In this document: in pieces, positions 8,960 through 17,745 of the stretch
How positions within the stretch are numbered: the first letter of the stretch is position 1
Layout of the letters: every line of letters starts with the position of its first letter
IMG/VR virus record: IMGVR_UViG_3300021963_007405
Reading direction: 5' to 3' (one strand)
DNA from: an uncultured virus (IMG/VR IMGVR_UViG_3300021963_007405)
Taxonomy: Duplodnaviria > Heunggongvirae > Uroviricota > Caudoviricetes
Length of the DNA stretch: 64,000 nucleotides
Notes under the pieces: generated by a model
What the model saw: only the letters and a program-made list of their open reading frames with translations
What the model was told of the DNA's origin: nothing
The model's database searches: none
Translations under genes and position numbers: made by a program

Positions 8960-9900
8960 TTAGGAAAACGCTTAATGAAATGAACAAAAGCTTTATCTTT
9001 GCCTTTGACTTCGATCTCCCAAGTAACATCCAATCCCATATCAGGAGGAGGAACAGTGAGATTCTTGGCGTGATTACGCTTTGTATCTTTCTCTGCTTCA
9101 GACCAATGAAAAACAGGGGGAACATCCCAAGTCTGAAAGAATTTCATAAAGTTCTTTTCGAATGGAACCACAGAACCATCTGGCAAAATACTAGGATTAG
9201 CAGTGTCATGCAGATTATCATAAGTCAATGGAAAATAAAATCCATAAACTTGTTTCATATAATTATGAAAATAATCATAAAGATTAAGACAGTTCCAAAA
9301 TCCTTTATCTTCGTTCTCTACAACGAGGCGATTACGAACGCCGATATCGCATCGAAAGAAATTACGCACAAACTTGTCTACGAATTTCTGAGCAGATTCA
9401 AAGTTAGACAAACTAGGATGAATATTGATCGGGCATAGATGCGATTGCGGCATCTTCATTTGATCAAGCACCCAAGCATGAAAATTAAGTTCAGCAATAG
9501 ATTTGTTGCAAATGTCATCTGAATCAGAACCAAGAACTACAAACTGATCAGGATGAATTGACATAGAAATATTGAGTTCGCGAGCAACACGACCGATTTC
9601 CATCAATTTCTGTTCCAAAATATTCCAATACGGAAGCAAGTCCACTTGGATTTTAAGAGTAGGATCGGTAATAAGCGGAAACAGCTTGCATGACAAACGG
9701 TAATGCTTGATACCAACTTCTTTGCAATGCTTAAGTGTTTCAATAGTTACAGTCAAATTGTGAGAAATGCGTCGAGATAATTCTTGAATTGATTCATCGC
9801 GACTTTTCTTCAAGAACTGAGTCCGAGTCATGGTCTTGAAGGCCAGATCAGGATTTTTATCGCGCAAAAGTTCTGAAATACAAACGAGTCCTAATTTCAT
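8956..9900 (-). CDS. uvsE: UV damage endonuclease
   Basis: KLGLVC, YRLS, HPDQF, ENED, DNLH, HWSE, EIEVKGKD motifs; ATG at 9900 fits the promoter. Confidence 0.9.
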   Translation of the reverse strand: MKLGLVCISELLRDKNPDLAFKTMTRTQFLKKSRDESIQELSRRISHNLTVTIETLKHCKEVGIKHYRLSCKLFPLITDPTLKIQVDLLPYWNILEQKLMEIGRVARELNISMSIHPDQFVVLGSDSDDICNKSIAELNFHAWVLDQMKMPQSHLCPINIHPSLSNFESAQKFVDKFVRNFFRCDIGVRNRLVVENEDKGFWNCLNLYDYFHNYMKQVYGFYFPLTYDNLHDTANPSILPDGSVVPFEKNFMKFFQTWDVPPVFHWSEAEKDTKRNHAKNLTVPPPDMGLDVTWEIEVKGKDKAFVHFIKRFPN

Positions 9901-9907
9901 CGTGGTG

Positions 9908-9935
9908 ACAATAGCAGGTTTTTGGAGAATGTCAA
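9908..9935 (-). promoter_or_regulatory. Sigma70-type leaderless promoter
   Basis: TTGACA-N16(..AAAAACCTGC)-TATTGT, then 7 nt to ATG. Confidence 0.65.
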
Positions 9936-9940
9936 GGCAC

Positions 9941-9966
9941 AAAAAAGCCCCCATTTCTGGGGGCTT
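9941..9966 (-). terminator. Intrinsic terminator
   Basis: AAGCCCCCA-GAAA-TGGGGGCTT followed by a T-run. Confidence 0.85.
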
Positions 9967-9973
9967 CGCTTAC

Positions 9974-10300
9974 TTACATCGGAATTCCATCGTCATCGGA
10001 ATCAACGCTTGCTGGTTGAGGCGTTCTCTTTGGAGGAGCAGAAGCCTTAGCCTTCGGCGCAGGAGCGGAATCAACATTATCTTGCTCATTTGAAAGATAA
10101 ATAATAAAGTCTGGAGACTTCTCATTATTCTTTGTCTTGTTAGAGAACATGATTACACGTTGCTTAACCTTATTTCCGAGTTCATCGGAAACAATGTATC
10201 CGGTACAATAAGAACTCTTTCCATTGGCAGCAGCCTTCTTCCAAAGCGCACCAACTTCACGATTCTTCCACTCTGACTGCTTATCTGTATTATTACTCAT
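9974..10300 (-). CDS. DUF736-like protein with SSB-type acidic tail
   Basis: EVGALWKK...NEKSPDF; C-terminus DSDDDGIPM. Confidence 0.55.
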   Translation of the reverse strand: MSNNTDKQSEWKNREVGALWKKAAANGKSSYCTGYIVSDELGNKVKQRVIMFSNKTKNNEKSPDFIIYLSNEQDNVDSAPAPKAKASAPPKRTPQPASVDSDDDGIPM

Positions 10301-10401
10301 ATTTTTTATTGTGATGTATAACTAAAACGAACGAAGTGAACATTATTATTAATAGTAGCACTAATTTTAATTTTCATGTTCGCAATTATTTACGCGGGAT
10401 G

Positions 10402-10429
10402 ACTTTAGCAGGTTTTTCGAGGCCGTCAA
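10402..10429 (-). promoter_or_regulatory. Sigma70-type promoter
   Basis: TTGACG-N16(..AAAAACCTGC)-TAAAGT. Confidence 0.6.
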
Positions 10430-10437
10430 GAGATTTT

Positions 10438-10626
10438 TCAAAAATTTCCAAGCTCGTCGATCATTTTCACCTCAAGAGTTAACCTATTTTTTAATGCCAT
10501 TAATTGTTTCAAATATTTAGCTCTTTGTTTCTCATTTTTTGCATTTGTTACTTTATAAATAATTTTGTCAACTTCTTTATTAAAAAATGCAGCAGAATCT
10601 TCTATGATTTGTTTATGATTCAACAT
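10438..10626 (-). CDS. Hypothetical protein
   Basis: ORF tiling. Confidence 0.5.
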   Translation of the reverse strand: MLNHKQIIEDSAAFFNKEVDKIIYKVTNAKNEKQRAKYLKQLMALKNRLTLEVKMIDELGNF

Positions 10627-11131
10627 AGAGGGAATTTAAAAAATCTTGATCCTTTTTGTTCCAGTACAAGATCTTTTTGATATTCTTATTATCCATTTGA
10701 ATGCAGTTTATTCCATAGAATTTAAAGATTTCTTGGTATTTTAAATCAGGTTGCTGATCTGAACCTTTTAAATATTGCTGAATAAAATATACGCTTTTTA
10801 TTTTTGAAGCAGCAATTGTTTTGGCGCAGTGAATGCATGGGCTATAAACCATGCAAGCGTAGTGAGCTTGTCGCGAAGAATATAAAATAGCATTAATTTC
10901 TGCATGATTAATTAAGCAAGACTTGGTTTCGCGATCTTTAAATATTGATTCTTTAGGTAAAAAACCGGGACCGAATCCATTGAATCCGGTTGAAACGGTT
11001 CTCCAATCTTCGTCAAATAAGGCAACGCCTACTTGAGTGTGTGGGTCTTCTGATCGGGATCTGGCTGATAAAGCTAGATAACAACCGTATTCAGGTTTAC
11101 TTAGTCTCGGTGTGTTCGGGCTGAAACTCAT
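10613..11131 (-). CDS. dCMP deaminase
   Basis: RSEDPHTQVG, GFNG, HAE, PCxxC zinc motifs. Confidence 0.9.
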   Translation of the reverse strand: MSFSPNTPRLSKPEYGCYLALSARSRSEDPHTQVGVALFDEDWRTVSTGFNGFGPGFLPKESIFKDRETKSCLINHAEINAILYSSRQAHYACMVYSPCIHCAKTIAASKIKSVYFIQQYLKGSDQQPDLKYQEIFKFYGINCIQMDNKNIKKILYWNKKDQDFLNSLYVES

Positions 11132-11756
11132 AATACATTAATTCTGCGTCTCCTGCGGTCCATTTGTGAGCTAGACCTTCACAAGAAAATTCTTTTGAGA
11201 ATGGTTTCCAAGTCTTTGATTCGGGTGGCAGTTTGCTTGAAATCCAAGCTCCACTATCTCTGAAAATTATTCTGTTGTTTGGTTGAGCGAACATTTGTCC
11301 TCCTTCACCCCAAAAAACATGAGCGCATTTATGTCCAGCAGCGATTTCAGAATAACCAAGACTATAATCATCTGAATTGCACCAGTCAATAGTAAAAAGA
11401 TATTTTGCAATGTGCATTTTTTTATCTTTTAAATAAATATATGCACTTCCATTTTTTAAATAATCAAATCTTTGAACTGTAAAATAATAACTGAAGCTGT
11501 CCCATAACTGAAGCCAGTCTAATGCATATTTGGTGCTGGGTTGTTCACTATTGGAAAGATAATGAATAGGCACTCTAGCAAATTGTGCGCCGTATTCGCT
11601 CATTACATTGAACATCAAACACCTTTTAGGAATAGATACAACTGAAAAAATTTCTACAGGAATAAATTTTTCAGATGTTCGCGGTATCTGATCGTGTAGA
11701 AAAGAAGTATCTAAATACCCTATTTGAACTGGTATATTTGTTGATAGGTAGCTCAT
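11097..11756 (-). CDS. Phage hypothetical protein
   Basis: MSYLSTNIP...QLWDSFS...YLFTIDW...HKCAH...AQPNNR pattern that I recognise from aquatic phages. Confidence 0.65.
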   Translation of the reverse strand: MSYLSTNIPVQIGYLDTSFLHDQIPRTSEKFIPVEIFSVVSIPKRCLMFNVMSEYGAQFARVPIHYLSNSEQPSTKYALDWLQLWDSFSYYFTVQRFDYLKNGSAYIYLKDKKMHIAKYLFTIDWCNSDDYSLGYSEIAAGHKCAHVFWGEGGQMFAQPNNRIIFRDSGAWISSKLPPESKTWKPFSKEFSCEGLAHKWTAGDAELMYYEFQPEHTETK

Positions 11757-11758
11757 AA

Positions 11759-12808
11759 TTACGGCTTTATTTGTAACGAACAGTTAATTTCATTTAAACT
11801 ATAATATTCTTTCTCGAATTCATTATTTAATTTAAGTGTGATAGGAAATTTATTTTTATCAAAATCAGATATTATAGAATAAACCCAATGGTAATGCGGA
11901 GTTGTATGAGTATATGTTTTTTTAAATTCTTTAAAATATATTTCATAATTTTTTATATCTATTTCTTCATTTAATCTATTCCAACTAAATAAAGCAAGTT
12001 CTCCGGTTTCAATGCCATTCCTTATTATTTTAGATAGTCCTCTGCAAACACCATTGCTTGAAGGAAGATCAAAGTTAATATCATTAACAATATGATTAAT
12101 TTTTGATTGCCTAAAAATTTCGTAAAAATGATTTTCTAAAATAATTTCATTTTCTGACAATTTATCAAATATAGCCATATATAATATTCTTTCAGCAATT
12201 TCAAAAAAATTTTCTCTATTTTTTTCTAAAAGATATCTTTTATAATCTTTTTCGTTATGTATAGATGGAAAATTCTCATTCCAAAAATTTAAATCAACCA
12301 TCCAAAAGTGGTAGGCTAAATTAGGTAATCCACTTGCATTTTTTGGATCATATATAAAACACGCTTTTCTGTCGTTTTTTAGAAATTCATCGATAATACT
12401 TTGCATTTTGACAACTTCGTCTTCATGAATTATAAAATCCCATTCTATTCTTATAAATTTTTTATATCCTAAATTTTTTGCGAATTCCGAAGATTTTTTT
12501 AAGTTAGAAATTACTGATAATCCATGTTTTTGATAACATCTATTATGATTTTCATATCGAATCATATCATTCTCTAAAAAAAATACAACTGATGGATATT
12601 TATCATAAGAGTCTGAAAATAATAAATTATCTTTAGAATATATAAAATAATCAAAATTCTTGATTAATTCATCTGGTACTTGATGATTTGATACAACAAG
12701 TATCGGTAAGTTCAGTTTTTTAATTGAAGCTAATGTTAATTTGAATACTTCAATTTTATATGTTGAATTTAAAAAAGCGTCAATGATTATTATTGCGTTT
12801 TTATCCAT
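11759..12808 (-). CDS. Glycosyltransferase-like hypothetical protein
   Basis: GT-A-like N-terminus and an ExD motif (IEWD). Confidence 0.4.
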   Translation of the reverse strand: MDKNAIIIIDAFLNSTYKIEVFKLTLASIKKLNLPILVVSNHQVPDELIKNFDYFIYSKDNLLFSDSYDKYPSVVFFLENDMIRYENHNRCYQKHGLSVISNLKKSSEFAKNLGYKKFIRIEWDFIIHEDEVVKMQSIIDEFLKNDRKACFIYDPKNASGLPNLAYHFWMVDLNFWNENFPSIHNEKDYKRYLLEKNRENFFEIAERILYMAIFDKLSENEIILENHFYEIFRQSKINHIVNDINFDLPSSNGVCRGLSKIIRNGIETGELALFSWNRLNEEIDIKNYEIYFKEFKKTYTHTTPHYHWVYSIISDFDKNKFPITLKLNNEFEKEYYSLNEINCSLQIKP

Positions 12809-12993
12809 TATTCTCCTTTTAAAAATGTTTCTTTTAATTCTGTAACAGCTTTTAACATACTGTCAAGAGTTGCTATTCTATTTGCGTAAAGATTTTCTGT
12901 CTTTATTTGTTCTTCTTTTATTAGCTTCTCTAACTCTTTGATTCTTTTTAAAGTTTTTGTAGGTTTAGTTCTTTCGAATTCAGAGATGTTCAT
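12808..12993 (-). CDS. Small coiled-coil protein
   Basis: ORF tiling. Confidence 0.5.
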   Translation of the reverse strand: MNISEFERTKPTKTLKRIKELEKLIKEEQIKTENLYANRIATLDSMLKAVTELKETFLKGE

Positions 12994-13583
12994 AGTTTTT
13001 TATATATAAAATACTTTTGCCATTCTTGTCTATTATTAATCGGCCTGTTTGGAAGAACAGGGATAGGCATTGGAACAGATTTTATATCGCGATTCTTGAT
13101 ATCAAAGAATGGATACATATCTTTCTTAATCTGATTACACCGCGCACAAGTGAGTGTGATGTTTTCAATTTCTTTGGTTCCACCTTTGGAGCGAGGGAAA
13201 ATATGTTCGACTGTCATGTCCTTTTTGTCAAACTTTTCGTGACAAATTTGGCAAGTATTATCGAAGATCATGCAGAGTTTCTGCAAACTTAGAGTGCGAG
13301 GCAGTCTTTTTCTCTTAGAGTAGAAAGACGCTTTGATAACGGCAGTAGTTGGCAGAAACCAAATTCTATCTTTAGAAGTCAAGAACGGCTGATCTTCATG
13401 AAAATTAATTCCTTGATTAGAAAACCATTGAAGATTATTATCTATAAGATTCTCGCTTGCATCAAAGCATTTAATATTATTCTTTATTAGATGCAAAAAT
13501 GTCGCTCTGCCTGTTAAAAAAGTATAAGGCATGAACGACGAATCTAAAAGTAAAGTGGTTATTTGATTAGAATAACTCGACAT
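12990..13583 (-). CDS. HNH endonuclease
   Basis: CQIC...TVEHIFPRSKGG...NITLTCARCN. Confidence 0.9.
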   Translation of the reverse strand: MSSYSNQITTLLLDSSFMPYTFLTGRATFLHLIKNNIKCFDASENLIDNNLQWFSNQGINFHEDQPFLTSKDRIWFLPTTAVIKASFYSKRKRLPRTLSLQKLCMIFDNTCQICHEKFDKKDMTVEHIFPRSKGGTKEIENITLTCARCNQIKKDMYPFFDIKNRDIKSVPMPIPVLPNRPINNRQEWQKYFIYKKL

Positions 13584-13589
13584 TGTTCG

Positions 13590-13617
13590 ACGATAACAGA
13601 AAAATATCGGATGTCAA
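13590..13617 (-). promoter_or_regulatory. Sigma70-type leaderless promoter
   Basis: TTGACA-N16-TATCGT, then 6 nt to ATG. Confidence 0.6.
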
Positions 13618-13618
13618 C

Positions 13619-13646
13619 AAAAAAACCGCCAACTTTCGTTGGCGGT
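13619..13646 (-). terminator. Intrinsic terminator
   Basis: ACCGCCAAC-GAAA-GTTGGCGGT followed by a T-run. Confidence 0.85.
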
Positions 13647-13671
13647 ATATTTGACTAAATATCGTTCACTA

Positions 13672-14376
13672 TTAGAAGTTCCAGCGAACACCAGCGACAG
13701 CAACGATGTCGCCGCTAAACTCTTGCGAAGCGAACTTGTACTTTGAAGCTGAGAAGTTGTTGTCATACCAACCGACTTCAGCATAAGGCTGCAAGTGGTT
13801 GAAGAAAGTGCGAGATACGCCGATCTTTGCCGCGACAACATCATAATCAGTGAACTTACCATACTCTATTGCTGGAGTAACAGTGACCCATCCAAATACA
13901 TCGGTTGGGCGTTCAACGCCAACGATATAACCAGATTGCTTTAGATTGAAGTCATGTGAACCACGAATATAAGGAGTTAGATATGGATTGACCAAAGCAA
14001 TCTTTGGGGCTAGTTCGATAGAATTACGACCACCAACAATTGAGCTTTGATGGCGTAGCAACTGTAGATCGCCACGAAGAGAAAACTTCTCGGTAATCTT
14101 TAGAGCCTTGCCTACACCTACATTCCAGTGAGATTCATCGATGCTGTTAGAATCAGGAAGAATAACACCACCGACATAACCATCTACGCCAAAATAAGTT
14201 GATCCAATATCAAAACCAGCGAAACCTTGTCCGCTAGTCTTGGCTAGACCATTTACGATGTAGTGGTTGTTGTAGCCAGCATTAATACTGGCGCGAACTG
14301 AAGACTCAGTATCCGCAGCAAAAACTGCGACTGAGGCTAGAATTGACACGATGAATAACTTAAATGATTTAATCAT
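13672..14376 (-). CDS. Outer-membrane beta-barrel protein (porin-like)
   Basis: Sec signal ending VFA, amphipathic beta-strands, C-terminal BAM signal VRWNF. Confidence 0.75.
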   Translation of the reverse strand: MIKSFKLFIVSILASVAVFAADTESSVRASINAGYNNHYIVNGLAKTSGQGFAGFDIGSTYFGVDGYVGGVILPDSNSIDESHWNVGVGKALKITEKFSLRGDLQLLRHQSSIVGGRNSIELAPKIALVNPYLTPYIRGSHDFNLKQSGYIVGVERPTDVFGWVTVTPAIEYGKFTDYDVVAAKIGVSRTFFNHLQPYAEVGWYDNNFSASKYKFASQEFSGDIVAVAGVRWNF

Positions 14377-14385
14377 AGGTATATA

Positions 14386-14413
14386 ATCTTACACAGATTC
14401 TGCGCCTTGTCAA
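14386..14413 (-). promoter_or_regulatory. Promoter (sigma70-type, also contains GTGTAA)
   Basis: TTGACA-N16-TAAGAT, then 9 nt to ATG. Confidence 0.6.
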
Positions 14414-15009
14414 CAAGTTTTTTCAGAGTCTTCTAGCTCTCTAATATTTATTAATTTACCGACATATTTACCATCTTCTTGTCTGACTGCTATACATTTT
14501 GCACTGAAAGATCTATTTTTACTATCTACAATTATTATTTCGTGTTCAAAGTTTCTTTTATTTTCTATTGCTATTTGCCAGCTTTCATTTATTTCTGTTC
14601 TAGTATTTTCGCAAAGAGCATTGATCCAATTATTGTTTTCTAAATCTTTAAATAATCTATCAGTCAAACGTATCATTGCGCTATTCGCCCAAGTAAAATT
14701 TCCGTTTTCATCTGTTTCAAATATCGGTTCTTCTCTATTATCTAATATCCATCTTTGTCGATAAAGAATTGTTTTAGTGGATAATTGAAGATCATTCATT
14801 TGATCTTTCAAGCTTTTACCGCCATTTGGTTTTAGTTCTTTAGAAATATGTGATATTTCATTTTTAAGAACCGCTATATCAGTAGTAATTGTTGTGAAAG
14901 GATGCAATTTTTTTAAAACATAAAACATATATCCGCAAAATGCTGTAATTACAACAATTGACGAGTTTATTTTATTTATAGTTTCAATAATTTCTTTTAG
15001 CGTATCCAT
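14410..15009 (-). CDS. Membrane-anchored PAS-domain protein
   Basis: N-terminal TM, coiled coil with ELKPNGGKSLKD, then PAS (PIFETDENGNFTWANSAM...W..A). Confidence 0.75.
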   Translation of the reverse strand: MDTLKEIIETINKINSSIVVITAFCGYMFYVLKKLHPFTTITTDIAVLKNEISHISKELKPNGGKSLKDQMNDLQLSTKTILYRQRWILDNREEPIFETDENGNFTWANSAMIRLTDRLFKDLENNNWINALCENTRTEINESWQIAIENKRNFEHEIIIVDSKNRSFSAKCIAVRQEDGKYVGKLINIRELEDSEKTC

Positions 15010-15018
15010 AATTTAATA

Positions 15019-16803
15019 TTATGATTTTACACCGTTTTCAACATTAGTAGAATCACTTTTTTTAACTCTTGAAGATGGAAAACTTTTATTTCCAAAATCA
15101 GAACTATATAAACTATATAATCTCATTACGACTCCATGTTTAACAATAACGTCGCCAAGATCTTCTACTAAAACATAATTAGGTCTATCATATTTAGCCA
15201 TAACGTCAGAGCTAACTAATAAATGATTGCTTTCACCTGCATCCATAACTCTTTGAGCATAATTAATTCCATCGCCGCTTATATTTAAGTTACCATTAAT
15301 ATCTTCTAATGGGCAAACATCGCCGCAGTGAACGCCCATTCTCATTTGTAAATCTTCTCTATTTTTTACAGCTTTTGCTACAGTAATGCCACAATTAATA
15401 GCGTCTTCAAGATAAGTAAAGAATCCAAGAATCATGCCATCGCCTGTTGGTAAAACAATTAATTTTTCAAGAGCGTTAGCGGTTTTAAATTGGATGGTTG
15501 ATTTAACTATTTCTCCCAAATCTTTAAATACTTTTCTTTGTTCATCAGTTGTTTTTTTACTGTATCCAACAATATCCATGAAAAATATATAGCCATCTTG
15601 TATTTTGTCCAATTCGAGACGACTAGATTTAACTTCGGCATCAATCGCCGCAACTTGATTTATTATTTTCTTAGGTGGTTTTGGAGCTTCAACTTTTTTA
15701 ATTTCTTCGACTTTCTTTTCTTCGACTGGCTTGTTTTTGCTTTTTAAAAATTCTTTCCAACTGATAGTTTTTTTGTCTTTTTTCTTTGGATCTTTTGCGA
15801 CTTCTTCTTCATGTATTTTTTTTAACTTAACTTCTTCTTCGTTTCTTTTATCAATGTAAGCTTGCATTTGTTTTTTAAATTCTTCGCTAATATGAATTGT
15901 AACGTCTTTGCCTCCACCTCCATTGTCGATTTTTTTCTTTCTTGCTGCTCCTTTTAATTGAAGCAGTGTTTGCATTTTAATGTTACCAGTTTTAAAAGCT
16001 AAATCTAAAGGAGCGATTTCACCTTTAAAGTCTGCACCATTAACATTAGCTCCTAGACAGATCAAAAATTCAACCATTTCAATATCATTAGCATTAACTG
16101 CATAATGAATTGGCATCCATCCATTTTTATCATCGCGACCATTTATGCGACCATCAATATCAAAATACTTTTGAACTCCTTCGAAGTCTCCTGTTTCAGC
16201 ACAAAAATGAATGCTTGAGCCACCAGAAGACTTTGCTCCTGCTTTAGTTAGTATTCTTACTATTTCTCCTCTATTGCCTAAAGCTAATACATCAATTGGA
16301 TTATTTTTACCTAAAAAGTCTTTAGAATTAACATCAGCACCTCTAAGTATTAAGTATTCAACTAAATGTTTTTGTCCATAATGAACTGCATAATGCATTG
16401 CAGTCCAACCTTTTGCAGCGTCAACTTCATTTAAAGTATGACCTTTATTCAACATTTCTTCTACTGAAATTATGTCGCCATTTTTAGCTGCCAAATGAAA
16501 GCTGCTTCCGCTGCCATATTTTGCACCACGTTTTTGAAGAATATCAACAATAGCTAAAAAACCTTTTTGTTCTGCAATATCAAGTGCTGTATTTTTACTT
16601 GTCCAATCCATCAAATTTATATCAGCACCATGATTTAATAATAATTCGACAATCTCTTTACTATTTTCTGACACGGCAACAATAAGAGGAGGATTTCCAG
16701 TATCTTCATCTCTTTCATTTATATTTACTTTATCTTTGACTATGCAATTATAAACATTATCGTATAAATTACGTCGGATATGAGTAAAAATATTTATTGC
16801 CAT
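15019..16803 (-). CDS. Ankyrin-repeat / class III nucleotidyl cyclase fusion
   Basis: About 8 ankyrin repeats (GWTAMHYAV, GADVN); cyclase motifs FMDIVGYS, TGDG, RMGVHCG, GDGINYAQRV. Confidence 0.9.
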   Translation of the reverse strand: MAINIFTHIRRNLYDNVYNCIVKDKVNINERDEDTGNPPLIVAVSENSKEIVELLLNHGADINLMDWTSKNTALDIAEQKGFLAIVDILQKRGAKYGSGSSFHLAAKNGDIISVEEMLNKGHTLNEVDAAKGWTAMHYAVHYGQKHLVEYLILRGADVNSKDFLGKNNPIDVLALGNRGEIVRILTKAGAKSSGGSSIHFCAETGDFEGVQKYFDIDGRINGRDDKNGWMPIHYAVNANDIEMVEFLICLGANVNGADFKGEIAPLDLAFKTGNIKMQTLLQLKGAARKKKIDNGGGGKDVTIHISEEFKKQMQAYIDKRNEEEVKLKKIHEEEVAKDPKKKDKKTISWKEFLKSKNKPVEEKKVEEIKKVEAPKPPKKIINQVAAIDAEVKSSRLELDKIQDGYIFFMDIVGYSKKTTDEQRKVFKDLGEIVKSTIQFKTANALEKLIVLPTGDGMILGFFTYLEDAINCGITVAKAVKNREDLQMRMGVHCGDVCPLEDINGNLNISGDGINYAQRVMDAGESNHLLVSSDVMAKYDRPNYVLVEDLGDVIVKHGVVMRLYSLYSSDFGNKSFPSSRVKKSDSTNVENGVKS

Positions 16804-17124
16804 TTATCGTTTTTTTCTTTTAGTTTTTTTTGATTTTGTTTTATGACCTACTTTCTCTAAAAACTTTTCGCTGACTATTTCTACTAATTTTAATCCTAAA
16901 AATCCTGCAATAAAAGCTATGCCATTTTGATGTTTAGTATTTGTTACGTTTAATGTATCAACTAGAACAGGAGTAAGGAAGTTGGCGGCTGACATTCCAC
17001 CGATTAAAGATAAAAATACAGATTTAATATCTGTTTTTTCGTTTTTGGTAGCCATTAATATAGCTCCAAATAAACCACTGATTAAAAATCCAATCTGGAT
17101 TCCCATTTTTTGAAGTTGGTCCAT
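16804..17124 (-). CDS. Holin-like 3-TM membrane protein
   Basis: 106 aa, three hydrophobic Gly-rich helices, highly basic C-terminal tail. Confidence 0.6.
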   Translation of the reverse strand: MDQLQKMGIQIGFLISGLFGAILMATKNEKTDIKSVFLSLIGGMSAANFLTPVLVDTLNVTNTKHQNGIAFIAGFLGLKLVEIVSEKFLEKVGHKTKSKKTKRKKR

Positions 17125-17127
17125 AAA

Positions 17128-17745
17128 TTATTTCTTTTTCTTTTTTATGGTTTTCTTTTTAATGGGTTGATTGTCGCTTTTAATTAAAAAAACTAATGAG
17201 ATAATAATCAAACATAAACTGTATAAATATATATTTAGTAGTTTTGTTTCATTATGAATTATTTTTTCTGAACTATTATTAATTAAATCTCTAAATTTTT
17301 CTTTGCTAAGATATATTCTCTTTTTATAATCTAAATATTTGTCACCAAAGAACGCTTTACTATCCATCTTTTCAAAAGCAGGCCCTTCTATTTCTTTTGC
17401 TAATTCATTGCTTATATCTAAACCAACTCTAAATTCTTTTAATTCCTCTTGAGTTAGTATTTTAGAAATAAAAACCTCGTTGTTGAAGTAATTTTCTCTT
17501 TCTTTTAAATGTACATTAAATTGCTCTAAGAATTTCTTATCTGCTGTAGCAGTATATGCAGCGCCAAGATATGTTAAATGATCTGTGGATCTTCTAAGGT
17601 AGAGAGTTATATCTCTACCAAATCTAAATCTTACAAATGCTTTTTCTATATCTTTTAGACTAGATAAAGCAAGCATAACAAGTATAGCAGTTGGCAAAAG
17701 CACTGCTAATAAGTATTTCTTTATATTTGAGACGACATTATTCAT
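17128..17745 (-). CDS. Stand-alone 2-TM periplasmic sensor-domain protein
   Basis: TM, helical domain (LRRSTDHLT..AYTATADKKFL...EEL..F...SNEL..IE..AF...FFGDKY), TM; resembles MCP/histidine-kinase ligand-binding domains. Confidence 0.55.
   Translation of the reverse strand: MNNVVSNIKKYLLAVLLPTAILVMLALSSLKDIEKAFVRFRFGRDITLYLRRSTDHLTYLGAAYTATADKKFLEQFNVHLKERENYFNNEVFISKILTQEELKEFRVGLDISNELAKEIEGPAFEKMDSKAFFGDKYLDYKKRIYLSKEKFRDLINNSSEKIIHNETKLLNIYLYSLCLIIISLVFLIKSDNQPIKKKTIKKKKK

Noticed and set aside
8830..9438. 202 aa plus-strand ORF and the many other antisense or nested ORFs in the track
   Set aside because: They shadow well-supported genes (here uvsE) and carry no recognisable motifs
9901..9954. 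N-terminal extensions in the ORF track for uvsE (also 4245, 20517, 27682)
   Set aside because: They run through promoters, terminators or tRNAs; downstream ATGs fit better
10306..10377. 23 aa ORF (MKIKISATINNNVHFVRFSYTSQ) as a leader peptide
   Set aside because: Too short, with no attenuator structure or other support
15019..17124. Pycsar defence system (cyclase plus TM effector)
   Set aside because: No cyclic-nucleotide-binding domain or TIR effector is recognisable nearby; the neighbour looks holin-like
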